64,000 nucleotides of DNA from Eledone cirrhosa (Eukaryota). Numbering within the stretch: position 1 is the stretch's first letter; each line of letters starts with the position of its first letter. The position numbers and the translations under genes were made by a program. Below, one piece after another: positions 54,559 through 64,000 of this stretch. The DNA lies in contig OZ024740.1 of NCBI GenBank assembly GCA_964016885.1, positions 172,236,001-172,300,000 of the forward strand, in the 5' to 3' direction. The notes under the pieces were generated by a model. It did no database searches and was not told the DNA's origin. It saw only the letters and a program-made list of their open reading frames with translations.

Positions 54559-54694
54559 GATTTATTTTCTTTTGGTCGTTTTGGAAGCCTCAACAATGCA
54601 GATGCGTAATTCTCCGGGTAACAGGATCCTGTTACTCGGAGAATTACCCATCTGCATTGTTGAGGCTTCCAAAACGACCAAAAGAAAATAAATC
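54559..54694. repeat. 136-bp near-perfect palindrome centred on GGATCC
   Basis: Directly visible, about 2 mismatched pairs, TA-flanked. Confidence 0.9.
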
Positions 54695-54734
54695 TTATTA
54701 TTCCACAATGCTTCAAGCAAACTTTAATACACTC

Positions 54735-54787
<53 letters not shown>

Positions 54788-55263
54788 AACACACACACAC
54801 ATATATATATATATACATATATATACACATACTCATATATAGCCACAGACATATCCACAAAAGCCTATACATATATAATTCATGCGTACAAATATATACA
54901 AATATATACGGACGTACGTACACAACATAAGGAAAAGGGCATAACATGCGTATAAACACACACCCGCATACATAAATACGCAAACAAATACACGCGCGTA
55001 CATGCAGAAAGTATATATATATATATATGTGAAGTAATAATAATAAATTTGAAGACTAAAATCCAATGTTTCAGAAGATCCCGTTAAGGGTGAAAGCAGC
55101 GATTCTTTGCTTAAACTTTAATCTGTTATTTTAATAAATATATATATATATATATATAAGTAGAAGGGATATTTAATTTGTTGGAAATCCGACAAATATA
55201 AATATAAATGTTTATAACTGATTTAGAGCCCTCAACAAGTTACTGGATTTATAAAACCATATT

Positions 55264-55326
55264 TATTTTATTATATATATTTCAAGGGTACCAAAACACT
55301 TTGGTACGCTTTCTTCAGATAAAATA
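55264..55326 (-). ncRNA. type-I hammerhead ribozyme, AU-rich family
   Basis: Reverse complement of 55944-56006. Confidence 0.85.
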
Positions 55327-55943
55327 CAAAGTTTGTTTTATAAATAGAGATATACCCAGGAAAATCAGTTGGATATTCTCTGGATAGTGGAAATGTATTA
55401 TGGATTTTTCAAACTTATGGGTGAATATGCAAATGAATATGTAAATAATTGAAAAGCAACCGTTTATTTAAACGACTATGGAGAGTTTATATATATAATA
55501 TATGATAGTGAGCGAGAAGAGCGAAGAGAAGGACAAAATTGTGAGAGAGAGAAGAAGGAAAAAAGCGAAGATGAATGAAAAGCTCATATAACGTTAATTT
55601 GAGGGAAATATATTTGAACAATTATCTATGTATATATGTAGGTATATATTTTAATAGTATTTGTATTTACATTAAAAGGATATTTTACGATTATTAGTTG
55701 TTTAAAATTTGTGTATAATATAATATGAGTTACGAGGGATGTTCTTTTTCACTATCATATATTATATATATAAACTCTCCATAGTCGTTTAAATAAACGA
55801 TTGCTTTTCAATTATTTACATATACATTTGCATATTCACCCATAAGTTTGAAAAATCCATAATACATTTCCACTATCCAGAGAATATCCAACTGATAAGG
55901 TATGATTTTCCTGGGCATGTCTCTATTTATAAAACAAACTTTG

Positions 55944-56006
55944 TATTTTATCTGAAGAAAGCGTACCAAAGTGTTTTGGTACCCTTGAAATATATATAAT
56001 AAAATA
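55944..56006 (+). ncRNA. type-I hammerhead ribozyme, AU-rich family
   Basis: TATTTTAT-CTGAAGA-AAGCGTACCAAA-GTGT-TTTGGTACCCTT-GAAA-TATATA-TA-ATAAAATA; AUA site. Confidence 0.85.
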
Positions 56007-56045
56007 AATATGGTTTTATAAATATAGTTTCCATTTATTTAATAT

Positions 56046-56115
<70 letters not shown>

Positions 56116-56344
56116 AGATAAATCTACCAAAATATACGGTAGTGTCCAGTCGTCTGAAGAACTCAATGTAATCCAAATATCATGAAAAGAGATGTATTCA
56201 AAATTTTTTTCGATGAAAATCACAGGAAAACAGAGTCAAGATAAATTAATAAAAACAATGAATAAAAACAAAGAAACAGTTCCTTATATTAAAAAATTCA
56301 TCATTTTACGGTCGTTTCTAGGATATATATGTGTGTGTTGGTCA

Positions 56345-59300
56345 GAAATAATGATATTTGTTTATTGAAAAAAAAAAAACAAAGATTTAATATAATAGTC
56401 TGTTTGGGAACAGGTTTTGAATTGACCAATAGAAAAGTAGTAAGTGGTCAAGTTCATAGAATAGTAGTAGTAGAAATTTAATTTAGGGGTAGAGGAATGC
56501 AGACTTAAGTTTTGAATAGAAAGAATACTTTGAATGAAAAGATTACTTTGGGGATGAAAAGAGATCAAGCCGGTGAAAGGTACACGAAAATTTGATGTTA
56601 TTAAAGAATAATGCTAATGTTAAAATCGAAGGAGAATAAAATTTTAGGGTAAATGTGTTAGTGAGAAATACCAATCTTATTTAAAACACAAGGAATTTAG
56701 ATCTATAACAAGAAATTAAATTAATTTAATTGATAGGTATACTTATATGGATAAATTTATATTAATTCATATAGATGTAATAAATAAGAGTTAGATGTTA
56801 TTAAAGAATGTTGTTAAAAAACGAATGAAAAATTTTTTTGGGATAAATGTATTAGTGAGAAATAACAAATTTATATAGACTACAAGGATATAGATTCATA
56901 ACAGGAAATTAAAATAGTTTATATATATACTTATAGGTATTAATTTTAGGAAAAGAGAGCTGTAAACGGGAAATAAAATTATGAAGTTCTCAGCAGTAAA
57001 ATACTAATTATAGGTTAACTAAATTTAAAAAAAACTAATTATAATAATTTGTAAAACATAAGTGTAAGGTGTATATTAATTAGGTTTATAATATTTGAAA
57101 GTTCTTCTAATTCTATGATTGCACGATATAATTAATTATTGTCGCTTATTTAATAGGATATCCTTAGATTTCATTATTTCAAAAAGTTCCTGGGAACATA
57201 ATCTACACTCATATCTGTTATTTTCGATAAGGGGTGGCCCTTTTGAGAACACTCCAGGTCAGGTTATAATCGATATTCTTTTTTTTATAATTATTAATTA
57301 TTTCAGCCAAGGATGTTGTATTAGCTAATGTCAATTATGGTTGTAAGTAGATTTTATCTTATTACATTACAATAAGTCGTAAGTATATAAATATCTATAT
57401 AGATTAATAATTGTGCATGTATAAGTATTATAGAAATAGAAATAATTTACAATTATTAGTTGTTTACATTTCTAATATGAGTTACGAAGGATGTTGATTT
57501 TGCATTTTAAATAAAAAAAAACAGGTAGTTCAAGTTGTAAGAGGAGAACAATTTGTAGATTCGAATATTTTGTTCCAACATTGAAAATGTTTTCAGAATA
57601 TTGTTAATTTAGCGAAGTTATATAGTTTATCATACATATTATATTATAATATAATGTTTATGTTTGCACGATTGAAAAGGGAAAGATAACTCCAATCTTG
57701 TTTGTTAACCGCTAAATTTGATGAATGATTTACTGAGAAAATATATAGAGAAAATTATAAATTATTTTTTGTGAGATTAATTTCAATTATATATTATTTT
57801 AGTTGAAAGATGTGTGAAAGTTTGAAGATCAAAAGGAGAGGAAAAAAGTAATGTGCATTTCGAAGAACTAGCGTAAAGAGGATAAACTTTCAGAATGTCA
57901 ATTAAAGATTATCAATCTACATCTAAAAAAATATATTTAGAGGGGTATCATTAGGAACATAATGTCAAAAGGTAAAAATAGTAAAAAAATATATTAAAAA
58001 ATTAAAAAATTAATGTCAAATAGTAAAAATAGTAGAAATATAAAAAAATTAAGAAGGAATATCATTTAAAAAATTTAAGTTTAAATTTTTAAAGAAAATA
58101 GGATCATTTTGAAGGTGTATAAGATATAGCCAAGTGTAATGAATATCATAAATTAAAAATACTTCTGAAAGTGGAATTTTGGCGATGTCTGCAAGTAGAA
58201 AATAATTCTGTTTTAAGATTAATAGAGTTTTGACAGTTAATTATATAAATAATTTCCTCGATACACAAGTTACAGAATCTTGAGAAAGCCATATTTCGGT
58301 ATGCAGGAGCTTTCGAATCGTCCCCCCAAGATATAGAATAGTCTATATTGTTGACTTTTAAGTTTCAAAATAAATGTGAAAGTGAAGTCGAAGATTTTTT
58401 ATCAGATCTATTGAATGTGTGTTTATGGTTATATCAGCATTTTGTAGAAGTGGCACCAATATAGTTAAATAATGTCTCTAGTTTTAACTATAAACATTTA
58501 TAAATTACGTTTTTGTCTAAGCAATTATTTTGTAAAGGGCAGTTTGATTTAATTCTACAATTACATTTTCTGGAGTTGTTGTTCGGAACGGTACTATAAT
58601 TCTGAATATTGTTGTTAGAAATATTATTATTGCTATCTTGATTAGTTTGGTTAGGGTTTATATTTAAGTTTCTATTATTAATTCTATTTATATTTTGTGC
58701 TATGTTCACAGTAGTAGAGTAGGATAGTTTTATAGTGTGTCTGTTAAAAATAAAGTGGTATCTGTGGGGTTTAGGAAAACATTTATCTAGTGCTTCAAAA
58801 AATAGCTTTGCTAAAGGTATTTTAACGCTTAATGAGAATGAGGGGGGGGGGTTACCAAATAATATTTCTAGTTCTAGTTTTTTTGTTTGGTTTAGTGTTT
58901 AAGTTAAATTGTTTATTATTATTCTAATTAATTCTAGGATGATTTGTCACGTTATTGTTATCTATGTATTTAATTTTATTCGAGTATCCTGCTCTATGTA
59001 AAGCTTCATTGTAATATTCTGCCTTATCATCAAAAATATTTTTATTAGCAGAGATGCGTGAAATCCATAGTTGGACGCTATTGACAATAATGTTTTTAAT
59101 ATTTCTAGGATATTTTAATATTTCTAGGATATTTAATTTCTGGAATCATATTCCGCCATTCCCGCAAATTGTTAATTCCTTTTAAATTAACGTAAATACA
59201 AGCACTTCTTTCTTGTTTCTTCTTCCTACTCATACATATATCCTAATTATTTAAAATAACGTTTTTTCGGCCTCATTTGCATACTCATTTGCATACTCAT

Positions 59301-59610
59301 CTTAATAATTTGAAATATCTGACTATTCTTCTCTTTTCCCTTCACTATCCAAGAAAAACTTGAACCGTTAAAGTATCTTTTCTTGGTTATGTCAACATTT
59401 ATAAAACAAACTTTGTATTTTTTCTGATGAAAGCGTACCAAAGTTTTGGTACCCGTGAAATATATATAATAGAATAAATATGGTTTTATATTATAGCTTC
59501 CATTTATTTAATATCATTGAATATTATACTCCAGAAAACTTGTCGAGTGCTCTGAATCAGTTATAAACATTTATATTTGTTGAATTACCAACAAATTGAA
59601 TATCCCTTTT
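56345..59610 (-). mobile_element. Hydra-type PLE 3' fragment with inverted pLTR
   Basis: Remnant 58180-59100: CNCRIKSNCPLQNNCL..NVIYKC..YIGATS; AT-rich 3'UTR; inverted pLTR 59140-59610 with HHR; left boundary approximate. Confidence 0.75.
59416..59476 (+). ncRNA. type-I hammerhead, AU-rich family
   Basis: TATTTTTT-CTGATGA-AAGCGTACCAAAGTTTTGGTACCCGT-GAAA-TATATA-TA-ATAGAATA. Confidence 0.7.
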
Positions 59611-59611
59611 G

Positions 59612-59699
<88 letters not shown>

Positions 59700-59869
59700 T
59701 ATAAATATATATGTGTATATGCGTTCACACGCAAATACAATTACAACGGGTACTTAAGTTTCGTTGGGACCTGGACCCCATTATTTATACTAAACTCGTC
59801 CTATGGATTGCGTGCTCTTACCCTTGGATATTTCTACCAAACCTTCACTACAGTAAATATATATATATC

Positions 59870-60872
59870 TATCTATCTAAGGCGGGTAAAATTCCCGAGA
59901 TCCATGGACGAGTTCTCTCCAGCGGTCTCTGTCCCTCATTATCGCTGCCATATCCTGCGTCTCCAACAGACCAGTGTCTGTCCTTAGGGCATCAACATAT
60001 GTTAACCTTGGTCTTCATCTTCCAGTGTGTCCATGTAGGGGCTCCCAAAGGAGAACTGAGTGCAATGTCAACTCTGGATGTCGGTGAGCATGTCCAGCCA
60101 ACCTCAGTCTCCTCTGTGTCACTTTTGAGCTGACTTTTGGGAGGCTCCCATACAGCTCTGAGTTTTTCATCCTCAGTGTATACTGATTAATGTTCAGAGC
60201 CATCCTCAGCATTCTCGTGTAGCACCCATCCACCATCTGAGTGAGTCTCTTGGTCAGTGTCCAAGTCTCAGACCCATACAGCAGCACAGACTCCACTACA
60301 GCAATGAAGAGGCGGATCTTCAGGTCTCTACGAAGGTCCAACTTCCACACCGATCTCAAGCTGTGGCACGCCGCCCAGGCCTTGCTCTTCCTCTCAACCA
60401 CATCATCTTCCGTATTCCCAATCTTTGCTCCCAAATACAGGAAGTCCTTAACCAATTCCAGCGGCTTCCCGCCTACATTAGTGATCCCCTCTGGCTTCTC
60501 AACATTCTCTACCAGATATTTTGTTTTAGTCTCATTCATTCTCAGCCCCACACTCATCGACACAGTCTCAACCTCCCGCATCAAATCCTCTGCCTCCTTC
60601 ACTGTATTTGTCACCAAAACTATGTCGTCGGCAAATTCAGCATCCGATACCTTTTTCGCCCCAACTCTCCTGCTCTGAGCCGGTGCTACAGTAAAGCCAG
60701 AGTCCTGGTGTTTCTCCAGTGCAAGGCGCATACAATAGTCCACTACGATGATAAAAAGGTAGGGAGCCAATGTATCTCCCTGGAGCACTCCAGCCAGTAT
60801 CTCAAAGAACTCTGTCATCCCATCAGGTGTAATGACTTTTGCTTTGGTGTTGGTGTAGAGCAGTGATATCAG
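59870..60872 (-). mobile_element. RTE-clade LINE, 5'-truncated RT fragment
   Basis: GVLQGDTLAPYLF, FADD, GLRMNETKT, FLYLG, LLYGSETWTL, RRLRLAGH; (TAGA)n tail in (TA)n. Confidence 0.9.
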
Positions 60873-60884
60873 TATATATATATA

Positions 60885-61351
60885 TTTACACAATATATTA
60901 ATAAATTGAAACTATATTTATAAAACCATATTTATTTTATTATACATATTTCAAGGGCAACCAAGGCAATATGGTGCGCTTTCATCAGATAAAATACATC
61001 AGATAAAATACTGATTTGTTTTATAAATAAATATTGACATGCCGGGAAAAAAGACAACCTTAACGGTTGGAGCTTCCTGGATTTCCAGGAAGCTCCAACC
61101 GTTAAGGTTGTCTTTTTTCCCGGTATGTCACTATTTATTTATAAAACAAATCTGTATTTTATCTCATGAAAGCGCACCATAATTTGCCTTGGTTGCCCTT
61201 GAAATATGTATAATAAAATAAATAAGGTTTTATAAATATAGTTTCCATTTATTAATATATTGTGTATTTACTCCACTAACTTGTTGAGTGGTTAATATCA
61301 GTTATAAAAATGTTTAAGCTTGGTGAATCCCAACAAATTAAATATAACCTC

Positions 61352-61354
<3 letters not shown>
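60885..61354. repeat. Hydra-type PLE pLTR fold-back centred at 61081-61084
   Basis: About 190-bp arms; intact HHR on minus arm, CTCATGA-mutated HHR on plus arm (61155-61220). Confidence 0.85.
60933..60996 (-). ncRNA. type-I hammerhead, AU-rich family
   Basis: TATTTTAT-CTGATGA-AAGCGCACCA-TATTGCCT-TGGTTGCCCTT-GAAA-TATGTA-TA-ATAAAATA. Confidence 0.8.
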
Positions 61355-61399
<45 letters not shown>

Positions 61400-61403
<4 letters not shown>

Positions 61404-64000
61404 ATTAATAAATGGAAACTATATTTATAAAATCATATTTATTTCATTATATATATTTGAACGGTACCAAAATGTTGGTACGCCCTCATCAGATAAAATA
61501 CAAATTTTTTTTTATAAATGGTGACATGCCCAAGAAACCAGACCTTATCAGTTCAGGTTCAGTTTGGATAGTGAAAGAACAATTTCAAATCTTTAGGATG
61601 AATATGTAAATGAGGTTGAAACGTAAGGCTGAAAGACGCTAGGTAAATTTAAATAATTATTAGGATAATTTATAAGGGAAGAAGAAAAAGAGAGGCTAAT
61701 ATTAATATTAGGGAGCAAGAAAATTTAAGGAATGAGTATAAAAAAAATTATAGTTAGAAATACACTATTATTATTAAGATAGAATTGTATGGATCATATC
61801 AGTGATGGTGTAAAGAGAGTGATTTAATTATACTTAATTATTTAATTATATAATCATATATTTTGGTAGTATCTATAAAATAATATGAGAGTTAAAAATG
61901 TGTTGAAGTGGTAGAATACCAATTCAAAATTTAAAAAAATTGAGATATGCAACTAATTATTGGATCTATTCAAATCATGAGTTATAATATTATATAGATA
62001 ATATTTATAAGTATAGTTTAAGGTTGTAAGTATATTTTAGTTTATTATATTACAACGGGTTATTTATATAAGTATTTATATAAATATTTTTGATGAGTAT
62101 ATGTTGTTATTTTCACTAGATAGATAATTTAAATATTTTTATATATGTTAAGGGTTACGAAGAATTTTGTGAGCACTCTGCATTGTGGATAGTTTTAACG
62201 TACGGCGTTGTTTGACTCAACAAGAGGTTTCCATAGTTAAGTAGCGTGTTCGCGAGATTTCTTATGCAGGTTATTCTTGGAATAATAATAGTGAAAGATT
62301 GAAGAATAACATGGTCGGCTGTACAAAAAGGGTTTTATTTCAAGTATTAACAATTGTTTCATTAATCAGGTGAGTCTAAAGGCCACTAATCACGCGAAGT
62401 TGCGTCACTCGATCTTAAATACAGTGTTTACCTCTGATCAAATCATTGGAATACTGGAGGTTTTACATATGGCATTGGTAAATATAGATACATCAATAAT
62501 TGTTTCTACTTTTGGCACAAGGCCAGCAATTACACAGTAGATTAATGGTACTTTATTTTATCGACCCCATAAGGATGAAAGGCAAAGTTGACCTCGGCGG
62601 GATTTGAACTCAGAATGGCAAGGGCCGTAACTCTATATGTCAAAGCATGGCGTCCGACCCTCTACCGATACTGCCAATTCACCGTAAAATATGATAATAA
62701 AGAAGTAAAGAGGTTAGAATGAAGATGATATAGATGTGAAAAATAAGTAAAAAAATAATAAGTACAGAATACGATTGCTGATAATAGTGGTGGTGGTGGT
62801 GATGATTAAAGTTACAGTGGTGAGTAAGTGTATGTGTAAAGACGTGGTGAGGGTAGAGATAATACAAACAAGAAAAGAAACATTGAATACATACATAGGT
62901 AGTGGTCAAATCTCAGAGGGTTAGAGTAGAAAATAAAAAAATAGTAACAAATGATAGATAAAAGATAAAAAATAATAAATAAAAAATTAATTGAGAGGGG
63001 AAGAGATACGAGCATGAGACATAAGGGGTAGGGCTAAGGACGGGAAGGAGTAGATAGGTAGATAGAGAATAAAAATTGAGAGGGAGAGTTTTGATATATG
63101 TGTGTGGTAAATGTCTCGCAGGCTGATTGTCTTATATTAATGGGAGTGATGTGGCTTTAGGGAGAGAGAGTGAAAGAAAGGTTTAGTTGATTTAGTGACC
63201 AGTTGGTCAGTTGACAGTTAATAACAGTGGGGTGGCATGTTGTCAGTACATTAAAATCCGGGTGGTTCGGCTTGAATTCTGAGATTGCTGAATTGAATCA
63301 TGTTGGTTTGAAATTTGCGAACTTAGTAGCTGGTTTGTGCCTACAGAAAATTGATCGTTCTATTTTGCTGTTAAGCAGCATTTTATCCTATTTTAAAACA
63401 TGGAACAGCTCCATATTGCAAAGTCCGCAGTGGAACATTCCATTGTCGTAGGCCCTTGTTCCTGATAATTTCTCCAGCTAATCCCATATTCCTGGTTTGT
63501 GTCCATAAGCTGCTAGATTTTATTGGCCAGCGTTGTTGAGTTCTCTAGTCTACGGTTCTTTATAGAGTGTATGTGAACGTACCATCTTTTTTTGAATTCC
63601 CCAGGCGTGGAACCTATATAGTGCCATGCTAAGTTGCCCGAATTTATAGTACACAGATACACTATACTTGATTCCAGGCATCTATTTTGTAGTGGGCACT
63701 TATCCGACAAGTGGCAGTTACAGTTGGAGGCCTTCCTGTGTGCAGATTCTCCGTTGCGGTTTTGTATGTTTTATGGATGAGCTGAGATTTAGGCTTATTG
63801 ATGTTTTGTTGCGATGCGCCCTGATGTGTGTGTGGTTGTGATGTTATTATGTGTTTGCGTTTTGTATTTGGTGCTATGGTGTATGTTGGTAGGTTATTTT
63901 CCTTAGAGATTCTTTTATAGTTGATTTTATGTATGTGTGATTCTATGTTGGCTGCAGTAGAGTAAGAGAGTTTGATAGTTTTTCTGTTAAAGATTCTATG
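61400..64000 (-). mobile_element. Hydra-type PLE 3' portion (runs off window)
   Basis: CNCHLSDKCPLQNRCLESSIVYLC..YIGST..FKKRWYVH at ~63400-63730; pLTR with decayed HHR at 61440-61500 ending in (TA)n. Confidence 0.75.
62496..62684 (-). mobile_element. SINE copy inserted in PLE 3'UTR
   Basis: Reverse complement of SINE consensus. Confidence 0.85.

Larger units (their letters stand above)
55150..56050. repeat. Hydra-type PLE pLTR fold-back
   Basis: Arms ~55250-55511 / 55749-56025, each with an intact HHR; (TA)n on both sides. Confidence 0.85.

Noticed and set aside
56150-56200. CTGAAGA...GAAA in repeat shared with 27270-27469
   Set aside because: Stems do not pair and the box is not conserved in the second copy.

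Overview
AT-rich, microsatellite-dense animal intergenic/intronic DNA, probably cephalopod/octopus (inferred from the dominant tRNA-head, Deu/Nin-domain SINE and repeat composition). I find no convincing host gene; almost all ORF-track entries are microsatellite artefacts or decayed retroelement ORFs. Contents: about 11 copies of one SINE, Tx1/L1-clade LINEs (5.9-12.8 kb; 40.1-42.3 kb), three R4/Dong-like RLE-LINE fragments in (TAA)n, an RTE fragment, two non-autonomous Helitrons, small MITEs, and many Penelope-like elements (PLEs). Two main signals. (1) About 30 type-I hammerhead ribozyme (HHR) motifs, about 18 with an intact CUGANGA/GAAA core, from roughly a dozen unrelated sequence families; many sit in head-to-head fold-back inverted repeats inserted in (TA)n/(CA)n, and many have a non-canonical U.U, C.C or A.A pair or a bulge at the base of stem II. 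(2) A near full-length, HHR-less Naiad-type PLE (20404-25440, minus) whose RT-GIY-YIG frame has no ATG before its conserved N-terminal motif and is joined to an upstream coiled-coil-like ORF1 by an in-frame U UUU UUA slippery heptamer in exactly the -1 frame, i.e. a gag-pol-like programmed frameshift architecture. All structures were read by eye; no folding, alignment or database search was run.
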